Below are positions 55,708 through 64,000 of a stretch of DNA of 64,000 nucleotides, piece after piece; position 1 is the stretch's first letter, and each line of letters begins with the position of its first letter. Made by a program: the position numbers and the translations under genes. The notes under the pieces are model-generated. The model did no database searches and was not told the origin of the DNA. It was given only the letters and a program-made list of their open reading frames with translations. Source of the DNA: a virus; IMG/VR virus record IMGVR_UViG_3300044911_003339, positions 41,162-105,161 of that record; one strand, given 5' to 3'.

Positions 55708-56648
55708 CCGTCACGCTCTCTCGACACTGCTCGCGCTGCGGCAAGCCGCTCGACGATGCCGCCTCCCGCGAGGCCGGCACCGGCCCGGTCTGCCGCAAGC
55801 TCGACAACGCACTGCTCGCCCGCCTCATCCCGGCCGACGTGGCGAAGGCCATCGCCATCGCGCAGCACATGGTCGATGCCGCCGACGCCATCACGGCCGC
55901 CGAGGAGACGCGCGAGACCTTCCTCCGCGTGCTCGACGATCTCGCCGACGCCTCGCGCACCGACTGGCGCACGACCGTCAAGCGGATCGAGTGGCTCGCG
56001 AGCTTCGACATCGGCTCGCACGGCGAGCGCGAGCGGCTCTTCGGAATCGTCGAAGCGCTCGGCTACCTCGCGCTCACGGCCGCGTGGCGCGGCGAGACGG
56101 CGAGCGGCAAGGCGCTCGTCTGGCTCCAGGACGGACGCACGTGGGATTACGGCCGACCCCAGACGCAGGAGGGCTCGTTCCTCTTCGCGCAGGGCGTGCG
56201 CAATCCCGCCTTCAACGCGGCGATCAAGCGCTGCGTCGGCGCGAAGTTCCATCGCGCGGGTCCGCACGGCAAGCCGTGCTGGAGCGTGCCGGTCACCGCG
56301 CACGAGGGATTCTGGCGAGCCGTCGCCGTCCACTACCCCAACCACGAGGTCGATGGGCACGACGACCTCGACGCGCTCGTCGCCCGCGCCGCCTCGCTCG
56401 CGACCGTCGCGAAGCCTGCGCCGGTCGCCTCGGCCTACTCCATCACGCACGCGGGCGACTGGCTCCTCGTGCGCACCCCGCGGCGTGACGACGCCTTCCT
56501 CTCCACGCTGAAGTCGCTGCCCTACAGCGACCGCAAGTGGACCGAGGGCCTGCGGGCCTGGATGGTCCTCTCCAAGCACGAGACGTTCGTGCGCGACGCC
56601 TGCGAGCGCTGCTTCGGCGCGGCTCGCGCTTCCGACATCGCAGCCTGA
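55704..56648 (+). CDS. DUF6011-like zinc finger protein with HARP-like C-terminal domains
   Basis: CSRCGKPL.D..S...G.GPVC; F...LKSLP...RKW......W.V. Confidence 0.6.
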   Translation: MTVTLSRHCSRCGKPLDDAASREAGTGPVCRKLDNALLARLIPADVAKAIAIAQHMVDAADAITAAEETRETFLRVLDDLADASRTDWRTTVKRIEWLASFDIGSHGERERLFGIVEALGYLALTAAWRGETASGKALVWLQDGRTWDYGRPQTQEGSFLFAQGVRNPAFNAAIKRCVGAKFHRAGPHGKPCWSVPVTAHEGFWRAVAVHYPNHEVDGHDDLDALVARAASLATVAKPAPVASAYSITHAGDWLLVRTPRRDDAFLSTLKSLPYSDRKWTEGLRAWMVLSKHETFVRDACERCFGAARASDIAA

Positions 56649-56675
56649 TTCAACCCGTCAACGAAGGAGATTCCC

Positions 56676-57095
56676 ATGACCGCACGCATCCGCTGGACCG
56701 ACTCACTGAAGATCGCGAAGAAAGGACACAGAATCTTCCGCGAGGACCGTGGGCCGTTCGCGGCTCCCGAGACCTGCCACTGGGCCATCGCGGACAACAG
56801 CGGCTCGCGCCCCGACACGACCGACGACGGCGTGCTCTGGCTCGCCTTCGACCGGCCCATCGTGGTCGATCTCGGCGACCACTTCATCGCGAGCATCCCG
56901 GTCCGCAAGGACCACGACCGCAGTCGCGATTACTGGGTCGCGACGAACGAAGAGGGTCTGCTCACGCTGCGGAAGAAGTTCCCGCGCTGGCCGCTCATCA
57001 TCGGAGAGCGCGCGCAGATGCTCCTGGAGGCCCTCCAGGACGCGCCGCGCTACGTCGAGCCCAGCACCCCGGCCCCGGCGCTCTCGCCGCTCTGA
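56676..57095 (+). CDS. Hypothetical protein
   Basis: AAGGAG RBS. Confidence 0.65.
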   Translation: MTARIRWTDSLKIAKKGHRIFREDRGPFAAPETCHWAIADNSGSRPDTTDDGVLWLAFDRPIVVDLGDHFIASIPVRKDHDRSRDYWVATNEEGLLTLRKKFPRWPLIIGERAQMLLEALQDAPRYVEPSTPAPALSPL

Positions 57096-57204
57096 GGCCC
57101 CGCGCACGAACCGCAACAGCGGTTCCTGCGCGCCTCCTGCTCTCGACTCGATCGAGGTCAGGAGGCGCGAAGGTCGCGCCATGTTCAAACAGGAGGATTC
57201 CGAT

Positions 57205-57735
57205 ATGCGCTGTCCCGATTGCAACAAGTTCGTCCCCCAGACGGCCGGTGACCTCGATGTTCAGAGCGAGGACTGCGACCAGGAAGGGAGCATCTCTGTC
57301 GAGTGCCGCATCACGCAGGTCTGCGAGGAGTGCGGCACGGAGTTGAAGGAGGCCACGATCCTCCTGGAGTTCGATGCGGGCGACGAGGGTCACGAGGAGC
57401 CCGAGTTCACGCACGACAACGTGGACGTGACCGACGAGATGGACGACGCGCTCGCTGTCACGTACGCGCTCTACCTGCTCCTCACGGACATGAGCGAGAG
57501 CGACCTGAAGGGTCATCTCCTCTTCCTCCGCGACGGCTTCGTGCCGAAGCACGAGTTCGAGATCGAGGTGAATCTCGACAACGACACGCGGGTCGAGGGC
57601 AAGGGCCGCGGCAAGCTGACCTTCTACGGCGTGAGCGGCAGCATCGACGTGAAGTGCTCGTGCGGCTGGGACCACACGATCGAGGTCAGCGTCGCCGACA
57701 ACGGCGTCGCCGCTTCGTCGATGGACGAGTGCTGA
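57205..57735 (+). CDS. Acidic zinc-binding protein
   Basis: AGGAGG RBS; CPDC, CEECG, CSCG. Confidence 0.65.
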   Translation: MRCPDCNKFVPQTAGDLDVQSEDCDQEGSISVECRITQVCEECGTELKEATILLEFDAGDEGHEEPEFTHDNVDVTDEMDDALAVTYALYLLLTDMSESDLKGHLLFLRDGFVPKHEFEIEVNLDNDTRVEGKGRGKLTFYGVSGSIDVKCSCGWDHTIEVSVADNGVAASSMDEC

Positions 57736-57766
57736 AATCCGACAACCAACGAAAGAGAGGACCGAC

Positions 57767-57976
57767 ATGAACGACCCGATGGAATCGATCCGAGAGATGA
57801 AGCGTGTGCAGGCAGAGTTCGAGCGCTCGGTCAACGCGGTGCTCGACGCTGCGAACGAGTGGGAGCAGAAACGGGATTCGCGCAGTCGCGTGTCCGACCT
57901 CGCCGACGCGGTGCGGGACTGGCGCGCCGCCGCCGCTCTGCTCATCGACACGCAGCGCAAGATGATGGGGGGCTGA
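57767..57976 (+). CDS. Small helical protein
   Basis: GAGG RBS; packed array. Confidence 0.55.
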   Translation: MNDPMESIREMKRVQAEFERSVNAVLDAANEWEQKRDSRSRVSDLADAVRDWRAAAALLIDTQRKMMGG

Positions 57977-57979
57977 GAG

Positions 57980-58924
57980 ATGGATTCCAAGACCATCGGC
58001 TACCGCGTGAAGCGCGCCACTGCCGTGCTCGCGCTCAACAGCGTGACGCTCGGCACCTACTCGCACCTCCGGCCCGCGCTGGAGGCGCTCGCTGCCGTCA
58101 ACTTCGACATGGAGCGCCTCCCCGACGAGACGGTGCAGGTGCTCTACGCGGGCCTCGACGACACGTTCTCCGCGAAGGTGCTCGCCGAGTTCAGCTACGT
58201 GCCCGGTCGCGGTGCCGTGCGCGACAACGGTGCGTGCGTCGCGATCTGCAACCTGTGCGGCAAGGGAGATTCCCGAGACGACGGCGCGAACCGAGACCAC
58301 CTCCGCTACGAGTTCCGGCTCACGAACGTGGCCGGTGGCAGCGAAGTCTGGACGGGTTCGACCTGCATCATCAACCACGCGCTGAAGGTCCAGGGCGCGG
58401 AGAACGCCGAAGAGGCGCGCCGCATCCTGGAGAAATCCTTCCGCGAGCACCTCGCGATGTGGCGCATCGAGCAGTGGCAAGCCGAGCATCCCGACCACAA
58501 GGAGATTCCGACGCAGTTCGAGCAGTTCCGCACGCTGCCGCGCGACCTGTCGTCCTACGGTCGCTACTCGCGCTACGAGGGTGAGGCCGCGCTGCTCGGG
58601 CTCGACCTCGGCAGGCTCTCGCGTGACGCGTCGCGGTCCTTCAAGCCGTTCCGCGCCGCGGTGCGCAAGTACCAGCGCGACGGGCATCTCGGCTTCGGCA
58701 AGGGCACGTTCCCGAGTGAGAAACAGGCAGCGTGGGAGCGCGCGAAGGACGTGCTGGAGAAGGTCGTGCGCTTGGAGCGCGACCTTCTCGACGCTGCCCA
58801 GATCAACGACCCCGACGAGCGCATCGCGCACTTCGTGAAGCTGCGCGAGCAGCGCGAGCAGGAGGCGGCCGAAGCGGCCGCCAACGCGCCGCGCATCCGA
58901 CGCCCTCGCGTCATCCTCGACTGA
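57980..58924 (+). CDS. Hypothetical protein with Cys motif
   Basis: C.LCGK....LRY.F...N......GS.CI. Confidence 0.7.
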   Translation: MDSKTIGYRVKRATAVLALNSVTLGTYSHLRPALEALAAVNFDMERLPDETVQVLYAGLDDTFSAKVLAEFSYVPGRGAVRDNGACVAICNLCGKGDSRDDGANRDHLRYEFRLTNVAGGSEVWTGSTCIINHALKVQGAENAEEARRILEKSFREHLAMWRIEQWQAEHPDHKEIPTQFEQFRTLPRDLSSYGRYSRYEGEAALLGLDLGRLSRDASRSFKPFRAAVRKYQRDGHLGFGKGTFPSEKQAAWERAKDVLEKVVRLERDLLDAAQINDPDERIAHFVKLREQREQEAAEAAANAPRIRRPRVILD

Positions 58925-58925
58925 G

Positions 58926-58938
58926 AATCGTGTAAGAC
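58926..58938 (+). promoter_or_regulatory. Putative phage promoter element AATCGTGTAAGAC (second copy)
   Basis: Identical to 47463-47475; intergenic, upstream of the AAA+ gene. Confidence 0.45.
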
Positions 58939-58963
58939 CCCCTTCAACGAGAAAGTAGGAATC

Positions 58964-59932
58964 ATGAAGCAGAGAAAGCCCCGCACCGTCGCTTCGGTCG
59001 CAGACACCGCCGAAGCGGCTGCCGCCGCGCCGACGACCATCAAGATCGCGGGCCACGATTTCGTCGTGGCCGAGCCCTCCCCCGAGCACGCCTTCCGCGT
59101 GCCGCCCACGCGCCCGTACCGCTTCAACGACGTGCTCGTGAAAGACCTCGCCGTCGGCATCGAGGAGGCCATGAACATCTTCCTCACGGGCCCGACGGGC
59201 TGCGGCAAGACCTCGGTCATCGTCGCGCTCGCCGCGCTCCTCCGGCGTCCCCTGATCCGCTTCAACCTGGACGGCGAGACGCGCGTCACGCATCTCCGCG
59301 GGCAGCAGGTCCCCGCCGCGAAGGACGGCGTGCTCACGCTCGCCTTCAGCCCCGGTGCGCTCGCGGTCGCGATGCGCGAGGGCTACTGGGTCGTCTTCGA
59401 CGAGTTCGACATGGGAGCGCCGAGCGTGCTCGCGGTTCTCCAGCCCGTGCTGGAGGAGGACCGACGCACGCTCTTCGTGCCCGAGACCGGAGAGACGGTC
59501 ACCGCCCACGAGGGATTCCGCGTGTTCGCCACGGGCAACACGGTCGGCTACCGCGCATCGGCGCGCGCTCGCCACGCGGGCACGAATCCTCTCAACGCAG
59601 CCGTGCTCGACCGCTTCGGTCTGGTGATCGCCTGCGACTACCCGGACCGCGCCGAGGAGATCGAGCGCGTCGCCTGCAACGTCCCCGACTGCCCGGCCGA
59701 GTTCATCGACGGCGTGTGCCGCGTCGCCGAGGAGCTTCGGAAGGACGACAAGTTCCGCGCCGACTTCTCGACGCGTCGCCTCGTCCAGTGGGCGCGCCTG
59801 ATCCCGCGCTTCGACTTCGACGTGCTGCGCGCGAGCGAGCTTGCGGTCGTGCGCAAGCTCGAATCTTCCACCGACGCCAAGGTGGCCCGCGAGGTCATCC
59901 GCCGCGTCTTCGGCTACGAGGAGAATCGCTGA
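58964..59932 (+). CDS. MoxR-family AAA+ ATPase (CbbQ/NirQ/CobS-like)
   Basis: GPTGCGKT, VFDEFD, LQPVLE, FRVFATGN, GT..LN.A.LDRF, STRRL..W. Confidence 0.9.
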   Translation: MKQRKPRTVASVADTAEAAAAAPTTIKIAGHDFVVAEPSPEHAFRVPPTRPYRFNDVLVKDLAVGIEEAMNIFLTGPTGCGKTSVIVALAALLRRPLIRFNLDGETRVTHLRGQQVPAAKDGVLTLAFSPGALAVAMREGYWVVFDEFDMGAPSVLAVLQPVLEEDRRTLFVPETGETVTAHEGFRVFATGNTVGYRASARARHAGTNPLNAAVLDRFGLVIACDYPDRAEEIERVACNVPDCPAEFIDGVCRVAEELRKDDKFRADFSTRRLVQWARLIPRFDFDVLRASELAVVRKLESSTDAKVAREVIRRVFGYEENR

Positions 59933-60756
59933 TGGCAGACATCTACTTCGGCAAACGCGCAAAGCCCGGCGTCTCGCCGCTCACCAGCATCTACTGGATG
60001 CGAGACCACACGCTCTTCCATCTCTTCGCGGGCGATTGGTGGCCCGTCTTCAGCGACGCCGCTCTGAACGGAGGCGGGACGGTGCCGAGCATCGGCGACG
60101 TGACCGCCGCGCTCGCGACGGGATCGCACTCCTCGCTCTCCGGCGAGGTGTGGAACAAGACGCACGACTTCTCCTCCGCGGTGAAGGCGGTGACGACGCC
60201 GATGGCGCTCGTGAAGCCCGACTCGCTTCGGTCTATCAGGACCCCCACGACCGACACGCGCTGGCGCGTGGCGCACATGACCTCGTTCCGCATGGGCAGC
60301 CTGGAGTGGGTTCAGGCCGAGGTCGCCACGGTCGTGCACGGCCACACCGTCTTCACCACCCCCGGCAGTCTGTCGGACGCGGCTTCGATGGCCTTCGCTG
60401 GACCGACCGCTGAGGCCGCAGCGAAGAAGTGGATTGCGACATCGCTGTCCAGCGGGCGCAACGGCTGGTGGTTCTACGAGGGTCAGTCGATTCCGATGTT
60501 CGGATCGTTCCACGAGCGTCACCGTTTCGCGTGGGTCGATGACCTGTACGTGAAGGCGCTCGCCGAAGCCGAGTCACTGGACGCCGATGCCAAGCGCATC
60601 GCCGAGGAGCGCGAGCGCGCTCGCATCGCGGCTGAGGAGAAGGCCGCCGCGGAACGCAAGAGGCTCCTGGAAGGAGCGACCACTGACCTCTCGCGAGAAG
60701 ATTTCGCGAAGGTCGTTCAGGCGCGCATCCGCGCGCGGAAAGGAAGCACGCTGTGA
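59932..60756 (+). CDS. Hypothetical protein
   Basis: TGATG overlap; C-terminal coiled coil. Confidence 0.65.
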   Translation: MADIYFGKRAKPGVSPLTSIYWMRDHTLFHLFAGDWWPVFSDAALNGGGTVPSIGDVTAALATGSHSSLSGEVWNKTHDFSSAVKAVTTPMALVKPDSLRSIRTPTTDTRWRVAHMTSFRMGSLEWVQAEVATVVHGHTVFTTPGSLSDAASMAFAGPTAEAAAKKWIATSLSSGRNGWWFYEGQSIPMFGSFHERHRFAWVDDLYVKALAEAESLDADAKRIAEERERARIAAEEKAAAERKRLLEGATTDLSREDFAKVVQARIRARKGSTL

Positions 60757-62576
60757 GCGTCGAACACGAGATGGAGCGCATCGGCAAGATCATCGCAGCC
60801 GACAACGGAATCGATGTCGTCTGCCGCGGCGTCGATGCGTACTGCACAGAGGACCGCAAGGTCGTGATTCCGAGCATCGAGACCTACGCGTGGCTCGGGG
60901 CCGACGCGGAGCGCATGCTCCACGGGCTCCTCGACCACGAGACGGGTCACGCGCTCGACACGGACTTCGCGTGGGTCGCGAAATCCTCCGAGGAGTCACC
61001 CGCGTTCAAGGTGCTCATGAACGCGCTGGAGGACGGCTACATCGAGGCGCGCCAGGGCATGCGCTACCGCGGCAGCGCGCAGAATCTCGCTCGCAAGAAC
61101 GAGTGGTTCTGGGAGCGCGGTGCCTCCGAAAGACAGACGACGCAGAAGGTGCTCGCGAAGGCCGATCGCTGGAGCGCGTTCACGCTCGCGCTGACCTGCG
61201 TCGTCCGGCCGTACGGGGGCCGCAAGGTCTCCGACATCGAGCCGATCAGGCCCGACATCGCTGCGATGCTTCGCGAGTGCGAGAGCGACTGGAGCGAGAT
61301 CGTTCCTCTCGCCGATCAACCCCGCGCGTCCGGCGAGGTCTTCAAGATCGCGCAGCGCATCTACGCTCGATTCCTTTCGGGCTCCGACCCGGAGTCGAAG
61401 AAGGACGAGTCGAGCATCGGCGGCCTCGCCCCCGGAGCCGGAACCCCGGACGAGATCAAACTCGACCGATGGACACCTCCGCCGCAGGGCGAGTTCGCGC
61501 TGACGCCCGAGGCAGCGATCAGCGCGCGCATCCATCAGGTGTTCGATCGCAACATCGCCACGCAGCCCTACACGAACTTCGACCACAGCTTCGATCTGGA
61601 GCGCGACTTCTCGACCGAGGATCTGCGCTCCGCGTCCGCCGCGTTCGAGGAGATGGAGCACGAGGTCCGTCTCGCGACGGACGCGCTCGTGCTGGCGTTC
61701 GAGGCTGCGGTGCGCGCGCGAAGCTCGACGCGCCTCGTCTCGGGTGCCGACGAGGGTCTGATCGACTCGTCGCTGCTCCCCTCCTACGCGATCGGTGCCG
61801 AGCGCGTGGACAGCATCTTCCAGGAGTTGACGACGGACGGCGATGACCGAGCGGTCGCCGTCTCGATCCTCATCGACTGCTCCGGCAGCATGCGAGGACC
61901 GAAGTCCAAGCTCGCCGCGCAGGCCGGGCTCGCGATGTCGCGCGCCTTGTCTGTCGTCGGAATCGCGCACGAGGTCACCGGATTCACGACGGTGGACTCG
62001 ACCATCGGCTCTCACCCGTGGGTCGATTCGCTCAACCGCTCCGCCGTGGAGCGCAACTTCCGGGAGATGCGCGCCGCTCTACGCGAAGCGCAGAAGCAAG
62101 GGACCGACGTGGGGCGCTTCGCGCGCGAGGTCTACCGCGGCAGCGAGGACGACCTCGAAATGCTGGAGGTCCCGATTCACGCGACCTTCAAATCCTTCGC
62201 GAGCGACGACGCACGTGGACTCACACGCGTCGAGGGCATCGCGGAGAACCTGGACGGCGAGGCGGTGATCTGGGCCGCGCGTCGTCTCGCCGCTCGGCAC
62301 GAGCAGCGCCGCATCCTGTTCGTGCTCTCCGACGGATTCCCGGCTGGCTCGCGTGACAACGCGCAGGGCCAGCGGTACTTGCGCGAAGTGGAGAAGCGCG
62401 TGCGGGATGCCGGCATCGAGGTCTACGGCTTCGGCATCATGTCCACCGCGGTGCAGCACTTCTACCCGACCCACTGGGTCATCACGGATCTCAACGACCT
62501 CGTGCGCGAGGCGCTCACCTCGCTGGCCGAGATCCTCACTCGTAATCGTACGGAGCGTGCGTGCGTCGTGCTGTGA
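60753..62576 (+). CDS. CobT-like VWA (MIDAS) protein with N-terminal HExxH
   Basis: DHETGH...NALED..IE; IDCSGSM; ENLDGEA; LSDG.P. Confidence 0.88.
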   Translation: MSVEHEMERIGKIIAADNGIDVVCRGVDAYCTEDRKVVIPSIETYAWLGADAERMLHGLLDHETGHALDTDFAWVAKSSEESPAFKVLMNALEDGYIEARQGMRYRGSAQNLARKNEWFWERGASERQTTQKVLAKADRWSAFTLALTCVVRPYGGRKVSDIEPIRPDIAAMLRECESDWSEIVPLADQPRASGEVFKIAQRIYARFLSGSDPESKKDESSIGGLAPGAGTPDEIKLDRWTPPPQGEFALTPEAAISARIHQVFDRNIATQPYTNFDHSFDLERDFSTEDLRSASAAFEEMEHEVRLATDALVLAFEAAVRARSSTRLVSGADEGLIDSSLLPSYAIGAERVDSIFQELTTDGDDRAVAVSILIDCSGSMRGPKSKLAAQAGLAMSRALSVVGIAHEVTGFTTVDSTIGSHPWVDSLNRSAVERNFREMRAALREAQKQGTDVGRFAREVYRGSEDDLEMLEVPIHATFKSFASDDARGLTRVEGIAENLDGEAVIWAARRLAARHEQRRILFVLSDGFPAGSRDNAQGQRYLREVEKRVRDAGIEVYGFGIMSTAVQHFYPTHWVITDLNDLVREALTSLAEILTRNRTERACVVL

Positions 62577-64000
62577 ACATCGAGGAGACCGAGGGGATCG
62601 TCGAGTCCGAGATTCGGCGCGTGAGGCTCCCCGGCTACGACCGCGACGATCTCCGCCAGGAGGCTCGCATCGCGGTCGAGGCCGCTCTCCGCCGCGTGCG
62701 GAAGCACGACCCCAAGGCTCCCGCGTACGTGCGCATCACCGTGCGCAACGCGCTCCGCAATCTCGTGCGCGCCCAGTGCACGGCCGGCCGCGCTCCTCAC
62801 GACGATCGCGGCCGACGCATCGCAGGGGCCTTCCAGCCCGACATCCACGACCTGCTGCCTTCGCATGCGCCGAGCCCCGAGAGCACGGCGCACGCGCGAC
62901 AGCTTGTGCAAGCGCTCGCTCGCGAACGTCCGGCCGACATGGAGATCCTCCACGCGGTGTTCGTCGAGGGCGCGAGCGCTGCTCACGCGCTCCACACGTC
63001 GGCCGGGCTTCCCGCCTACCGACGCCTAGAAGCTGCTCGCCGACGAGCAGCCTTGATTCTGAATCGATTGCTTGATAATCAACCGATCTCTCACAGGGGT
63101 TCCATCATGACGAAGCTCGACACCGCCAAGTTCCCGCTCCCGCCGACCGACGATCCCGACTGCCACGCGCAGGAGGCCAACTCCGAGCCCATCGGCTACG
63201 ACGCCAAGCTCGCGCTCTGCCGCTACCTGTGCCCGGACAAGCACACGTGCCTCGCGCTCGCGATCGAGCGCGGTCTCGTCAAGCTCTCGCTCGACGACGA
63301 CCACGAGGTCGCCGACGTGCTCAGCGGCGCGCTCTCGGTCAACGACATGAAGGACCGCGTGCGCCAGCGGCAGAAGATCCTCGGCATCCCCGACGGCTCG
63401 CCCGAGATGGACAAGCAGATCGAGGGCCGGGTGAAGCTGCTGCCCGCGTCGCTCCTCGTGCGCAAGGCCGAGGCGAAGAAGGCGGCACCCGAGAAGAAGG
63501 ATTCGACCACGGCGGCCCCGGCCGCCGCACCTGCTGCACAGGAGGGACCCGTGAAGACCGAGACGAAGAACGAAGCACCGAAGGAACCCGCCGCGAAGGC
63601 CAAGCCCGCGAAGGCGGCGAAGCCCGCCCCGGCCCCGAAGGAGGCCCCGAAGGCTGCGGAGCCTGCTCCCGCCGCCGCGGCCCCGAAGGAGCCCGCCAAG
63701 GCCCCCGAGAAGCCCGCCAAGCCCGCGAAGGCGGCCAAGGCTGCTCCGGCCCCGAAGGAGGCCCCGAAGGCTCCCGAGAAGCCCGCGAAGGCGGCCAAGG
63801 CTGCCCCGAAGGAGCCCGCCAAGGCCCCCGAGAAGCCCGCCAAGCCCGCGAAGGCGGCCAAGGCTGCTCCGGCCCCGAAGAAGGCGGCCAAGGCCCCCGA
63901 GAAGCCCGCGAAGGGCAAGGCCGAGGCCAAGCCCGCGAAGCCCGCCAAGCCCGCGAAGAAGGCGAAGGGCAAGAAGGCAACGACGAACGGCAGCAAGGCG
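62573..64000 (+). CDS. Sigma-factor-like (ECF-type) domain read in frame into a Cys-rich domain and histone H1-like Pro/Ala/Lys repeats (3' partial)
   Basis: GTG at 62573; my translation shows no stop to the window end. DRDDLRQEARIA...AYV...VRN.LRNL resembles region 2; SPES...EIL..VF.EG resembles region 4. Internal ATG at 63107 with AGGGG. Confidence 0.7.
   Translation, partial: MNIEETEGIVESEIRRVRLPGYDRDDLRQEARIAVEAALRRVRKHDPKAPAYVRITVRNALRNLVRAQCTAGRAPHDDRGRRIAGAFQPDIHDLLPSHAPSPESTAHARQLVQALARERPADMEILHAVFVEGASAAHALHTSAGLPAYRRLEAARRRAALILNRLLDNQPISHRGSIMTKLDTAKFPLPPTDDPDCHAQEANSEPIGYDAKLALCRYLCPDKHTCLALAIERGLVKLSLDDDHEVADVLSGALSVNDMKDRVRQRQKILGIPDGSPEMDKQIEGRVKLLPASLLVRKAEAKKAAPEKKDSTTAAPAAAPAAQEGPVKTETKNEAPKEPAAKAKPAKAAKPAPAPKEAPKAAEPAPAAAAPKEPAKAPEKPAKPAKAAKAAPAPKEAPKAPEKPAKAAKAAPKEPAKAPEKPAKPAKAAKAAPAPKKAAKAPEKPAKGKAEAKPAKPAKPAKKAKGKKATTNGSKA
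63560..63975 (+). repeat. Imperfect tandem coding repeats (PAKAAKAAP / KAPEKPAK)
   Basis: Recurrent GCCCGCGAAGGCGGCCAAGGCTGC and AAGGCCCCCGAGAAGCCCGC units. Confidence 0.85.

Noticed and set aside
58964-62576. Cobalamin biosynthesis genes cobS/cobT as auxiliary metabolic genes
   Set aside because: No cobN or other cob genes are present; MoxR/VWA pairs of this type are general phage chaperones, so no gene symbols were assigned.
63560-63975. CRISPR array or non-coding tandem repeat
   Set aside because: The repeats are in-frame coding units of a Pro/Ala/Lys tract with no unique spacers and no cas genes.
1-64000. Integrase, terminase, DNA polymerase, reverse transcriptase or intron/intein
   Set aside because: No recognisable motifs in this window, so lifestyle (temperate versus lytic) and any retroelement link for the structured RNA cannot be claimed.

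Overview
The window is part of a large, high-GC (roughly two-thirds G+C by eye) contractile-tailed phage genome. Its portal, prohead protease, major capsid protein, neck, sheath and tube are of the SPO1/Twort/A511 (Herelleviridae-like) type. All genes but one are on the + strand. Layout: (i) 1-21.5 kb, head module, in which the portal and protease are interleaved with four very large multi-domain 'cargo' genes (ParB + zeta-toxin kinase; MuF + zincin peptidase; ADP-ribosyltransferase-like domain + sigma70-like domain; zincin + SNF2 helicase). Their domains are often bracketed by L-x-K|S/A/G motifs resembling the known capsid maturation cleavage site. (ii) 21.5-45.7 kb, neck, tail, baseplate, fibres and membrane/lysis-like genes, including a probable +1 frameshifted tail chaperone. 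(iii) 45.5-47.6 kb, one minus-strand gene and about 1 kb of highly structured non-coding DNA (nested stems, pseudoknots, a tRNA-like element). (iv) 47.6-52.5 kb, replication genes (SF2 helicase, DnaB-like helicase, primase). (v) 52.7-64 kb, small accessory genes, a MoxR AAA+/VWA pair, and a sigma-like domain read in frame into a histone-H1-like repeat protein. The most notable candidates are a protease-released, virion-delivered host-takeover set including a sigma factor, and a large structured RNA with a tRNA-like leader. All assignments come from motif recognition by eye; no database searches were run.
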